Positions 9,268 to 18,139 of a stretch of DNA of 64,000 nucleotides are shown piece by piece. The translations under genes were made by a program, and so were the position numbers. Every line of letters starts with the position of its first letter. Within the stretch, counting starts at the first letter, position 1. The notes below the pieces were generated by a model. That model was not told the DNA's origin. It made no database searches and worked only from the letters and a program-made list of their open reading frames with translations. The stretch is from Sporomusaceae bacterium (lineage in GTDB: Bacteria; Bacillota; Negativicutes; UBA1444), in the NCBI GenBank assembly GCA_018434355.1, contig JAHDPL010000010.1, positions 73,164 to 137,163 of the forward strand, read 5' to 3'.

Positions 9268-9836
9268 GACGACGGCAGTTTTTAGCCGGGGCGCGGATTT
9301 ATCTGCGCAACCTGGAACCTGGTGACGTGGAAGGCAACTATGGCTATTGGTTGAACGACCCTGAAGTTTGCCGGTTCAATGCCCACCACCGGTTTCCCTA
9401 TGCCAAGGGTGATTTGGCCGACTACATCGAAGGCTTGCGCGGCGCTCATGACCGGCTGGTGTTGGCGATTATCGACCGGGAAGGCGATCAACATGTCGGC
9501 AACATTTCACTGCAGAGCATTGATTCGCTCGAACGCAGCGCCGAATTTGCCATCGTGATCGGCGAAAAAGCCGCCTGGGGCAAAGGATTCAGTAAAGAGG
9601 CAGCCCGCCTGATTCTGGACCATGGCTTTGGCGCACTGAATCTGCACCGGGTTTACTGCGGCACTTCATCAGAAAATATACCGATGCAAAAACTGGCCCT
9701 GGCCATGGGATTTAGTCTGGAAGGCCGTCGACGCGAAGCGTTGTACAAAAACTTCGCTTTTCTCGATATATTGGAGTATGGGTTGTTGCGCCGGGAATGG
9801 CAGGCTGCATCGACAGGGGAGGCGAGATCATCATGA
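9264..9836 (+). CDS. GNAT family N-acetyltransferase.
   Basis: ATGA overlap with the upstream gene. 190 aa. GNAT core (AIVIGEKAAWGKGFSKEA). Confidence 0.7.
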   Translation: MRRRQFLAGARIYLRNLEPGDVEGNYGYWLNDPEVCRFNAHHRFPYAKGDLADYIEGLRGAHDRLVLAIIDREGDQHVGNISLQSIDSLERSAEFAIVIGEKAAWGKGFSKEAARLILDHGFGALNLHRVYCGTSSENIPMQKLALAMGFSLEGRRREALYKNFAFLDILEYGLLRREWQAASTGEARSS

Positions 9837-10861
9837 GAGATTTTTTTAACGGCAAGACGGTGCTGGTTATCGGCGGCACCGGCACGATCGGCCGCCGGCT
9901 GGTAGAACTATTGATGCCGTGGGAACCATCCGTCATCCGGATATTGAGCCGCGATGAAGGCAAACAGTTTGAAATGGCGCATGAACTGGACAACAACGAT
10001 CTGCTGCGGTTTTTCATCGGCGATGTGCGGGACAAGGACCGGGTAGAACGGGCCTGTCGCGGCGCTGATATCGTATTCAACTTGGCGGCGATGAAACATG
10101 TGCCTGCCTGCGAATATGACGCCTATGATGCACTGAAAACCAATGTGATGGGAACGCAGAACGTGATTTGCGCCGCTTTCCAGAACAAAGTGAAACGACT
10201 GGTGTTCACCAGCACAGACAAGGCGATCAGCCCGACCAACGTGATGGGAGCGACCAAACTGCTGGCCGAACGGCTGATGGCGACGGCCAACTATAACCAG
10301 GGACCGACCGATACGGCGTTTTCGGCGGTGCGGTTTGGCAATGTCATGGGGTCGCGCGGTTCGGTCATCCCGCTGTTCAAGAGTCAGATCATGCGGCAGC
10401 GTCGGGTCACGATCACTGATGGCGAAATGACCCGTTTCATGATGTCGATCACCGATGCGGCGATGTTGACCCTGCGGGCAGCGACCATGCCCAAAGGCGG
10501 CGAGATTTTCGTTTTGAAAATGCCGGTGATCCGTTTGCGCGATTTAGTCGATGTAGTAATTGAGGAGACCTGCCGCAAATATAATGTGCCGGTTGGCGAA
10601 GTCCGGCGGGAGGAAATCGGCCTGCGGTTCGGCGAAAAAATGTTTGAGGAACTGATGACGGTGGAAGAGGCCAAGTTTGCCTTTGAACTGCCGGATATGT
10701 ATGCAGTCAGCCAGGCTTACTTCGCATTTGCCGGCAAAAAGGGCGTTTCGCCGCTGGCCGGACTGCCGCCGGCAGAGGTGCGTTCCTATTCATCGCATGA
10801 TCAGGAACCAATCAGCAAGGAAGCCGTTCGGCAGCTGATTCTCGACGAAAAGCTGATTTAG
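9833..10861 (+). CDS. pseB: UDP-N-acetylglucosamine 4,6-dehydratase (inverting), PseB-like.
   Basis: ATGA overlap with the upstream gene. KTVLVIGGTGTIGRRL, FFIGDVRDKDR, YGATKLLAERL and FSAVRFGNVMGSRGSVIPLF are collinear with PseB/CapD. Confidence 0.75.
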   Translation: MRDFFNGKTVLVIGGTGTIGRRLVELLMPWEPSVIRILSRDEGKQFEMAHELDNNDLLRFFIGDVRDKDRVERACRGADIVFNLAAMKHVPACEYDAYDALKTNVMGTQNVICAAFQNKVKRLVFTSTDKAISPTNVMGATKLLAERLMATANYNQGPTDTAFSAVRFGNVMGSRGSVIPLFKSQIMRQRRVTITDGEMTRFMMSITDAAMLTLRAATMPKGGEIFVLKMPVIRLRDLVDVVIEETCRKYNVPVGEVRREEIGLRFGEKMFEELMTVEEAKFAFELPDMYAVSQAYFAFAGKKGVSPLAGLPPAEVRSYSSHDQEPISKEAVRQLILDEKLI

Positions 10862-10869
10862 GAGAAATC

Positions 10870-11340
10870 ATGGGCGAGGTACGATTGCGTCCGGCCACGC
10901 TAGCCGATGCCGAACTGTTGTTTGTTTGGCGGAATGATCCGCTGACGCGGCAGCAAAGCATCCATACGGAACCGGTTGTCTGGGAGAGCCATCTGGCCTG
11001 GCTGGAAACCAGTCTGCAAAATCCGGACCGATGGCTGTTCATCGCTGAACAGGCAGTGCCGGCTACGCAAGCGCCGGTTGTCCTTGGTACCGTTCGCGCC
11101 GATAAACTGGCTGAAGTTTATGAGCTGTCCTGGACGGTGGCGCCGGAACAGCGCGGCAAAGGCTGGGGCAAAAAAATGGTGGCGGCATTGATTGCTGCTT
11201 TGCCGGCAGGGGCTGCTTACCAGGCAGTCGTATTACAGACGAATCCGGCTTCGGAGCGGATCGCCGCCGGACTGGACATGACCGTGCAATCCAGTTCACT
11301 AACCCAGACTCTGTTTGCGGCAAGGAAACCATTGCTATGA
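10870..11340 (+). CDS. GNAT acetyltransferase, PseH-like by context.
   Basis: 156-aa GNAT protein lying between the pseB-like and pseG-like genes. Confidence 0.55.
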   Translation: MGEVRLRPATLADAELLFVWRNDPLTRQQSIHTEPVVWESHLAWLETSLQNPDRWLFIAEQAVPATQAPVVLGTVRADKLAEVYELSWTVAPEQRGKGWGKKMVAALIAALPAGAAYQAVVLQTNPASERIAAGLDMTVQSSSLTQTLFAARKPLL

Positions 11341-12404
11341 AAGTCGCCATCCGCGCTGACGGCAGTTCTTTTATCGGCATGGGGCATGTTATGCGCATGC
11401 TGGCTCTGGCCCAAGCCTTGCAGCGAATTGGCCATGAAGTCACATTTTTGAGCCGGTTTGAACCGGGACTGAGCCGCATCCGTCAACAGGGATTCGCTGC
11501 GCGGGAAGTTGTCGGCGGCCTGCCGGATGGCGCTGATAAAGAATACGAACCGGCCGCCGATACCGATGTTGTGAGCCGGATTCTGGCGACCGAACAATTC
11601 GACTGCCTGTTGACAGACTCCTATCGTGTGGACACGAACTATTTCCGACAAGTGAGCCCATTGGTCAAGGCTTCTTTTTACATCGATGATTTGAACCGGT
11701 TTCCAGTCGCAGTGGATGCTGTAATCAATGGGAATATCAATGCAATTGACCTAGGTTATGACAACTGGCCAATCGCAACAGAACGCTGGCTGGGCTGCCG
11801 CTATAATCTGCTCAGGCAGGAATTTGCCGACATGCCGGAACGACTGACTGCCGAAACTGTCCGTAATCTGCTGATTGTTGCCGGCGGCGGCGATTCTGGG
11901 CAACTTTTGGTTCTTTTGATCCACAGCCTGTTGGAGCTGGCGGTCACAAAACAGATTGCTTTACAGATTGTAGCGCCGACTCACGCAGTTGCCGACCAGG
12001 AATTGACAGCCCTGGCCAGCAGCTATCCTGAACAAGTTAAACTGCACCGCGGAGTGACGGAGATGGCGCAATTGATGCGGCAGTGTGATCTGGCAATTTC
12101 CGCCGGTGGTTCGACGTTATACGAATTGTGCGCTACTGGTGTGCCGCGGCTGGCCATCGTATTGGCCGACAACCAGCGTGGAATCGTCTCTGCGATGGAA
12201 CGGCAGGAACTGGTCTTGCCACTGGGAACCGTGGCGGAACTGCAGCCGAATTTAGTCGTAGGACAGGTATCCGGCTTATTGAATGATTGGCAAGGTCGCG
12301 ACAGGATGAATCGGCTGGGGCGAAAATTGGTGGATGGACAGGGTGCCCTGCGTGTGGCGCACAAAATGTCAGAAGTGGTGGCTGCGGCCGAAGGAGGGCA
12401 ATAA
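11337..12404 (+). CDS. pseG: UDP-2,4-diacetamido-2,4,6-trideoxy-beta-L-altropyranose hydrolase, PseG-like.
   Basis: N-terminus MKVAIRADGSSFIGMGHVMRMLALAQAL is typical of PseG. ATGA overlap with the upstream gene. Confidence 0.7.
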   Translation: MKVAIRADGSSFIGMGHVMRMLALAQALQRIGHEVTFLSRFEPGLSRIRQQGFAAREVVGGLPDGADKEYEPAADTDVVSRILATEQFDCLLTDSYRVDTNYFRQVSPLVKASFYIDDLNRFPVAVDAVINGNINAIDLGYDNWPIATERWLGCRYNLLRQEFADMPERLTAETVRNLLIVAGGGDSGQLLVLLIHSLLELAVTKQIALQIVAPTHAVADQELTALASSYPEQVKLHRGVTEMAQLMRQCDLAISAGGSTLYELCATGVPRLAIVLADNQRGIVSAMERQELVLPLGTVAELQPNLVVGQVSGLLNDWQGRDRMNRLGRKLVDGQGALRVAHKMSEVVAAAEGGQ

Positions 12405-12405
12405 G

Positions 12406-13566
12406 GTGAACAAACCTGATTTTATTCCTTATGCCAAACAGTGGATTGATGAAGACGATATTCAGGCGGTAGTCGATGTTCTGCGCGGCGATTTTTTGAC
12501 GACGGGACCTGCGGTGGCGCAGTTTGGCGATGCCGTGGCAGAGGTTGCCGGCACAAAATATGGTGTGGCAATCTGCAATGGGACGGCGGCGCTGCATGCT
12601 GCAGTGGCGGCAGCCGGCGTCGGACCGGGCGACGAAGTCATTACCAGTCCGATCACTTTTGTGGCATCGGCCAATTGCGCGCTCTATGTGGGCGCAACGC
12701 CGGTGTTTGCCGATATCGATCCCCGTACTTACAACATTGATCCGGACGATGTGGAACGGAAAATCACTTCACGAACCAAGGCGATCATTCCGGTGCATTT
12801 CACCGGTCAGCCCTGTGATATGGACCAGCTGCGCGCCATAGCCCAACGCCATAAGTTGGTGTTGATTGCCGATGGCGCCCATGCGATCGGCGCCAGCTAT
12901 CAAGGCAAACCGGCCGGCAGTTTTGCCGATATGACAACGTACAGCTTTCATCCAGTAAAACAGGTAGCGACGGGTGAAGGTGGCGCGATCGTAACCGACA
13001 ACCCCGATTATTACGAAAAAATGCTGTTGTTCCGATCACATGGGATTACCCGCGATCCAGCCAAGTTTCGTTTTGGCCATCAGCCTTGGTATTACGAGCA
13101 GCAAACTCTGGGTCTGAACTACCGGATGACCGATTTTCAGGCGGCACTCGGGTTGAGTCAACTGAAAAAGCTGCCGATGTTTTTGCAACGACGGCGGGAA
13201 TATGTTCATCGATATAATGAAGCTTTTCAAAATATGCCGGGGATAATCACGCCCTGGCAGAGTCCTGACGGAGAGTCGGCCTGGCACCTTTATATCCTGC
13301 GACTGCGGCTGGAGCAGTTGAATGTCGGGCGGGATCAGATTTTTCAGGAACTTTGGGACCGGGGCATCGGTGTCAACATCCACTATATTCCGGTGTATTA
13401 CCACGCCTATTATCGTGACCTGGGTTATGCCAAAGGATTGTGTCCGCAGGCGGAAAAACTGTTTGAAGCAATGCTGACGATTCCGCTATATCCGGCGATG
13501 AAAGAAGCGGCACTGGAGCGGGTCATCGATACAGTTCTGGCAGTGGTTAAATCTCACTTGCGTTAA
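12406..13566 (+). CDS. pseC: UDP-4-amino-4,6-dideoxy-N-acetyl-beta-L-altrosamine transaminase, PseC-like (DegT family).
   Basis: GTG at 12406 after RBS gaaggaggg. Collinear with PseC (EVITSPITFVASAN, AIIPVHFTGQPCDM). Confidence 0.75.
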   Translation: MNKPDFIPYAKQWIDEDDIQAVVDVLRGDFLTTGPAVAQFGDAVAEVAGTKYGVAICNGTAALHAAVAAAGVGPGDEVITSPITFVASANCALYVGATPVFADIDPRTYNIDPDDVERKITSRTKAIIPVHFTGQPCDMDQLRAIAQRHKLVLIADGAHAIGASYQGKPAGSFADMTTYSFHPVKQVATGEGGAIVTDNPDYYEKMLLFRSHGITRDPAKFRFGHQPWYYEQQTLGLNYRMTDFQAALGLSQLKKLPMFLQRRREYVHRYNEAFQNMPGIITPWQSPDGESAWHLYILRLRLEQLNVGRDQIFQELWDRGIGVNIHYIPVYYHAYYRDLGYAKGLCPQAEKLFEAMLTIPLYPAMKEAALERVIDTVLAVVKSHLR

Positions 13567-13580
13567 TTGAAAAACAGGGA

Positions 13581-14537
13581 GTGAATGTTTTGAACGTTTT
13601 GGTTACCGGTGGCGCGGGATTTATTGGACGATGGGTGGTCAAACGGCTGCTTGATGATGGACACGCTGTATGGGCGCTCGACGATCTGTCCAATGGCCGG
13701 CTGGAGAACATTGCCGAATTTGAAGGGCATTCCGGCTGGCGGGGATTCACACGCGGCGACATCAAAGACATGGCGTTGCTGGAAACACTTTTCAGTAACC
13801 GGTTTGATCTTTGTTACCATATGGGCGCCAGCATCAATGTACAGGACAGCATTGACGAACCGCGGCAGACTTTTGACAATGATGTGATCGGCACGTTCAA
13901 TGTACTGGAAATGTGTCGGCATGACCGCGTGAAAATGGTTTTCATGAGTACCTGTATGGTCTATGACATGGCAACCGATCCGGCAGGAATCAATGAACTG
14001 CATCCGACCAAACCGGCTTCTCCCTATGCCGGCAGTAAAATTGCCGGTGAAAACATGGTATTGTCCTATTGGTATGCCTATGGACTGCCTACAGTGGTAG
14101 TCCGGCCGTTCAATACTTACGGTCCGTTTCAGAAGACCGGCGGTGAAGGTGGCGTAGTGGCAGTCTTCATCAAGCGGTCACTGGCCGGAGACACCCTGAA
14201 TATCTATGGTTCGGGCGAACAGACGCGGGATTTGCTGTATGTCAGCGATTGCGCCCGGTTTGTTGTTGAAGCCGGCTATAGCGACAAAGTGAACGGTCAG
14301 ATCCTGAATGCGGGGCTTGGCCGCGACGTGTCGGTCAATGAACTGGCAGCGCTAATCGAATCGAATCCGGTGAAAATCGCGCATGTGCCGCATATCCACC
14401 CGCAGAGCGAGATTATGAAGCTGCTGTGCGATTCACGCAAGGCCGGGAAACTGCTAGGTTGGAGCCCCCAGGTCGGTCTGGAGCAAGGTTTGCAACTGAC
14501 GCGCCAGTGGATTGAAAAAAATCCGCAATTGATCTAG
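13581..14537 (+). CDS. NAD-dependent epimerase/dehydratase (UDP-sugar 4-epimerase / 4,6-dehydratase-like).
   Basis: VLVTGGAGFIGRW Rossmann motif. YxxxK-type short-chain dehydrogenase/reductase (SDR) layout. 318 aa. Confidence 0.8.
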   Translation: MNVLNVLVTGGAGFIGRWVVKRLLDDGHAVWALDDLSNGRLENIAEFEGHSGWRGFTRGDIKDMALLETLFSNRFDLCYHMGASINVQDSIDEPRQTFDNDVIGTFNVLEMCRHDRVKMVFMSTCMVYDMATDPAGINELHPTKPASPYAGSKIAGENMVLSYWYAYGLPTVVVRPFNTYGPFQKTGGEGGVVAVFIKRSLAGDTLNIYGSGEQTRDLLYVSDCARFVVEAGYSDKVNGQILNAGLGRDVSVNELAALIESNPVKIAHVPHIHPQSEIMKLLCDSRKAGKLLGWSPQVGLEQGLQLTRQWIEKNPQLI

Positions 14538-14546
14538 GAATCACTA

Positions 14547-14574
14547 TTAATATTCTTATCGGTTATGCCGATAA
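14547..14574 (+). promoter_or_regulatory. Candidate sigma-D / sigma-28 flagellar promoter upstream of flaG.
   Basis: TTAA-N16-GCCGATAA compared with the SigD consensus TAAA-N15-GCCGATAT. About 40 nt upstream of the flaG start. Confidence 0.35.
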
Positions 14575-14615
14575 AGATATAGGGAGATCATAATTTAATA
14601 CGGGAGGGACTAGAC

Positions 14616-15020
14616 ATGGATGTCGGAACAGTGCAAAGCCCGGCTGTAAACGTCACAATGCCGGGGCAAAAGGCAGGGACGCCGGTTCCCGCAGCAGAAT
14701 CCAAGCCGTTAGCGCCGATGCAGGTGATGCAGGCGCAAGCCGTTGAGGCGAAACAAAAGATTGCCGAGTCTGCCGCCCAAGACAAGGATGGTAAGGAAAA
14801 AGAGGTTGTTGAAAACACGGTCGAGTCGCTAAACAAGTTTATGGATTTGATGACCGCGGATATTCGGTTTTCGATGCACCAAAAGTCAAACCGACTGATG
14901 GTTCAATTGGTTAGCGCCAAAGACCAGACGGTATTGCGCGAATATCCATCCAAGGAATTCTTGGACATGATCGCCAATATTCGTGAGTTCGTGGGAATTT
15001 TGACCGACAAGAAAGCCTGA
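14616..15020 (+). CDS. flaG: Flagellar protein FlaG.
   Basis: 134 aa. C-terminal FlaG-like block. RBS gggaggg. Sits immediately upstream of fliD. Confidence 0.7.
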   Translation: MDVGTVQSPAVNVTMPGQKAGTPVPAAESKPLAPMQVMQAQAVEAKQKIAESAAQDKDGKEKEVVENTVESLNKFMDLMTADIRFSMHQKSNRLMVQLVSAKDQTVLREYPSKEFLDMIANIREFVGILTDKKA

Positions 15021-15066
15021 CGGTCACGGCTGACCCAAAGGCAATAGAATAGGAGGAGGATTGCCG

Positions 15067-16917
15067 GTGACGACAAGAATCAGCGGCCTTGCTACCGGTT
15101 TGCCTATTGACGATTGGGTCAAAGAGATGATCAAGGGTCGCAAGACCCAGATTGATACCTTGGAACAAAAATCGACGATTTTGTCATGGAAGCAGACAGA
15201 CTATCAGACAATTTACAGCAAGGTCAAGGATTTGGGCGATACAGCTTTCAACGATACGCTGGTCGCCAATCTGGCGCCGCTGAAATCGAACAATACCAAC
15301 GATTCGGTTGCGACGACTTCTGTGACGGCGAGTACGCAGAAATTATCACATCAACTAACGGTAAAACAGCTGGCTGACAATATTTATACTGCTTCTACGG
15401 CACAGATCACACCATCCGGCAACGACAAAGCGACCCTGGCCAGTCAGTTTGGCATTACGGCTGATTTTTCGGTGGTCATTAACGGCAAAACGATCAATGT
15501 TTCCAAGGACGCCAGCATCAATACATTTGTCAGTAGCATCAACAACGCCAACGCCAATGTTACAGCCGTTTACAATGCAACAGTCGATCGATTTTTTTTC
15601 AGTACATCGATCAAGGGTGCATGGGATGGAACCTATGGCTCACGGATTGATTTCGCCGGCACCGGTGCTGACGGAATGGCTTTTTTCAATGATAACCTAA
15701 AATTGCCACTTGCTGCCAATGTCGCTTCCAATGCGACCATTACGCCGGAAGGCAACGCTAAAACGTCTTTGGCTACTCAGTTCGGATTGACGGCTGGGAC
15801 TGATTTTGACATTTCGGTCAACGGAACGACACTGAATGTGGATACGGATGAGTCGATCGACACATTAATTTCCAATATCAATGCGCTGGGTGTTGGTGTG
15901 ACGGCATCGTACAGCGCCGACCTGGACCGGGTGACTTTTACCGGCACTGGAACTACGCCACAAGTCAACCTTTCCGGCGACGCAGACGGATTGGCATTTT
16001 TGACCGACAATCTGAAGGTGATGTCGGCTGATTCGCGGATGTTGCTGGGCAAAGATGCGATTGTCGATATTGACGGCGCTACGGATTTGCATGTGTTGGA
16101 CAACACGTTTACAATGGCGGGTGTTACTTATACACTAAAGGGACTCGGAACGACCAATGTCGATGTCGTATCTGATATCGACAAAGCAGTCGAGAATGCG
16201 AAAGCCTTCGTAGACAAATACAATTCGGTATTGGCGGATGTCATTGCCAAATACAAGGAAACCCGTCCTAAACAAACGACCGGCACGAGAAACGGGTTTG
16301 AGTATTATCAACCATTGACTGATGAACAGCGCGAAGCGATGAGCGACGACCAGATTAAGGCATGGGAGGCCAAGGCGAAGACCGGCATGCTCAGTCGGTC
16401 GCCGATTCTTGCCACGATTCTTGATCAGATGCGCACTTCGATTTCACAGCCGATCACCGGTGTTAGTGGCGACTACAAGAGCGCAGCCTCGATCGGCATA
16501 ACGACCGGCGAAGGCTGGGAGTCCTATAAGGATGGCGGCAAATTATATCTGGATGAAAGCAAGCTGAGGGAAGCGTTGGCCGCGGATCCTGATGCGTTGA
16601 AAACTGTGTTTGGTACGACAGGATCAACGACTGCCGCACAGGGAATAGCTGTCAGGATCAAGTCGGTGATGGATGCGGGAAAAACAAGGATTTCCCAAGA
16701 GGCCGGCCTGGCCGGCAGTGATATATCCACCGGCTATCTTGGCGACCGCATCAACGAGTACAGTTCACAAATTTATAAGCTGACACTGAAGATGAATGAC
16801 GAAGAGGACCGTTATTACAATCAGTTTAGCGCGATGGAGACTGCGCTGCAGAAGTTGAGCGCGCAAAGCAGTTGGTTGTCGCAGCAAACGGGTCAGTCGA
16901 GTTCGAATAGCGGTTGA
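15067..16917 (+). CDS. fliD: Flagellar filament capping protein FliD.
   Basis: N-terminus (M)TTRISGLATGLPIDDWVKEM and a C-terminal coiled-coil, both FliD-like. GTG at 15067 preferred over TTG at 15061 because of RBS spacing. Confidence 0.8.
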   Translation: MTTRISGLATGLPIDDWVKEMIKGRKTQIDTLEQKSTILSWKQTDYQTIYSKVKDLGDTAFNDTLVANLAPLKSNNTNDSVATTSVTASTQKLSHQLTVKQLADNIYTASTAQITPSGNDKATLASQFGITADFSVVINGKTINVSKDASINTFVSSINNANANVTAVYNATVDRFFFSTSIKGAWDGTYGSRIDFAGTGADGMAFFNDNLKLPLAANVASNATITPEGNAKTSLATQFGLTAGTDFDISVNGTTLNVDTDESIDTLISNINALGVGVTASYSADLDRVTFTGTGTTPQVNLSGDADGLAFLTDNLKVMSADSRMLLGKDAIVDIDGATDLHVLDNTFTMAGVTYTLKGLGTTNVDVVSDIDKAVENAKAFVDKYNSVLADVIAKYKETRPKQTTGTRNGFEYYQPLTDEQREAMSDDQIKAWEAKAKTGMLSRSPILATILDQMRTSISQPITGVSGDYKSAASIGITTGEGWESYKDGGKLYLDESKLREALAADPDALKTVFGTTGSTTAAQGIAVRIKSVMDAGKTRISQEAGLAGSDISTGYLGDRINEYSSQIYKLTLKMNDEEDRYYNQFSAMETALQKLSAQSSWLSQQTGQSSSNSG

Positions 16918-16954
16918 TAAGAACTAGGTAAAAGGGATTGGGAGGAACTCGATT

Positions 16955-17506
16955 ATGAACGCTTATGCAAATGCCGGACATCAGGCGGCTACCTATAAAA
17001 ACCAACAAGTGACCAATGCCGGACCGGAGCAGTTAACCCTGATGCTCTATTCAGGGGCGGCTCGTTTTGTAGCCGAAAATATCAAGGCGGTAGTTGATGG
17101 ACGCTATGATGATGCGCATAAGGCGCATTTGCGGGCGCAGGATATCGTTTTGTACCTGATTGATACGCTGGATATGCAATATGATATTTCCAAAAACCTG
17201 TACCAGCTTTATGATTACATCAATTTCCGCTTGAATGAGGCCAACCTGAAAAAAGACGCGACGCAACTGGAAGAAGCCAAGGCTTTGTTGATCGAACTGC
17301 GGGACACCTGGTGTGAAGCGATGAAGAAAGTACAAGAGGAAAAAGGCGGTTGCGCTCCGATGAACGGCGTGACAAAAGCCGATCATGCCGGCGCCGTCAA
17401 ATTGTCGTTGGCATCTGTCGCTGGTGAAAAAAATGTGTGCGCGGAACAAAGCGGCGCCGTGAAGCTTTCCTTGCAAAGCATGGAAAATGCGCCTACAGGG
17501 AAGTGA
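16955..17506 (+). CDS. fliS: Flagellar export chaperone FliS with a ~50-aa C-terminal extension.
   Basis: NAGPEQLTLMLYSGAARFV core. Unusual tail carrying the repeat GAVKLSL(A/Q)S twice. Confidence 0.85.
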   Translation: MNAYANAGHQAATYKNQQVTNAGPEQLTLMLYSGAARFVAENIKAVVDGRYDDAHKAHLRAQDIVLYLIDTLDMQYDISKNLYQLYDYINFRLNEANLKKDATQLEEAKALLIELRDTWCEAMKKVQEEKGGCAPMNGVTKADHAGAVKLSLASVAGEKNVCAEQSGAVKLSLQSMENAPTGK

Positions 17507-17832
17507 TGAAAATGGATAGTCTTTGGCAGGATTATTGTTTCTTGACACGTGAAATGGCTTCGTTCATCGCCCGTCAAGAACTAGATATGTTTTATGAACT
17601 GCAAGATCAACGGTTGCAGCTGCAGGCGAAAATTGATGAAGCAGCTGACTATTCGTATTTACAGACCGCAGAAGGGCGAGAGATGGTGGACGAGTTGCAG
17701 GCGACCGATGCCCAGATTGCTTCGCAATTGCGAGGGTCAATGAGCCGCCTTACCCAGCAACGAAAGGTTCAGCGCGCCTACCATTCGGCATATGGCGGAC
17801 CAGTCGGCGGTCGGACCGATTTCTCCGGTTGA
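17506..17832 (+). CDS. Small flagellar protein, FliT-like by position.
   Basis: ATG overlaps the fliS stop. 108 aa, helical. Position after fliS matches the B. subtilis order. Confidence 0.4.
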   Translation: MKMDSLWQDYCFLTREMASFIARQELDMFYELQDQRLQLQAKIDEAADYSYLQTAEGREMVDELQATDAQIASQLRGSMSRLTQQRKVQRAYHSAYGGPVGGRTDFSG

Positions 17833-17849
17833 AATTTTCACACTTTTCC

Positions 17850-17878
17850 TTGCTTTATCTGGAAGAACTGATTATAAT
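17850..17878 (+). promoter_or_regulatory. Strong sigma-A type promoter: TTGCTT-N17-TATAAT.
   Basis: Near-consensus -35 and -10 elements with a 17-nt spacer. Predicted transcription start near 17885. Confidence 0.6.
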
Positions 17879-17885
17879 TGTGGCA

Positions 17886-18120
17886 TAAAGTACCTTCTGC
17901 TTAGGTCCGTGGTTGAAAGTCGATGCCAGTCGCAGGCGAAACGATCCACGTAAGGAGTCCAAAGAGGCTTTGAGCATGGTGCGGCTTAGAGATAAGACCT
18001 GCCGGGTTTCGGTCCGAGAGAAGTAGTAGTGAGAGGCGATTGCCGGGTAGCAAACCTTCCAGCAGGCGAGTGTGGGGTCAAAGACCAGGTCGGCTAAGCA
18101 GGGTCCTTTAATTTCAAACA
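17886..18120 (+). ncRNA. Candidate structured RNA or long 5' leader (~235 nt). Possibly a raiA-motif-like ncRNA or a riboswitch-like leader of the zinc-ribbon gene.
   Basis: No credible ORF. Long-range terminal pairing of CUGCUUAG (17897-17904) with CUAAGCAG (18094-18101). Multiple internal helices. Contains GGUCCGAGAG. Lies between fliT and hpf. Confidence 0.4.
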
Positions 18121-18139
18121 AGGTGAGGGGATTGGGGTA

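Noticed and set aside
17886-18120. Assignment of the leader as a guanidine-I (ykkC) riboswitch because of the GGUCCGAGAG decamer.
   Set aside because: Other conserved ykkC blocks (CUAGGGUUCCG, GGGA-AAAGCCCGGG) are not matched, and the downstream gene is not a guanidine-related transporter or carboxylase. Kept only as an unclassified structured RNA.
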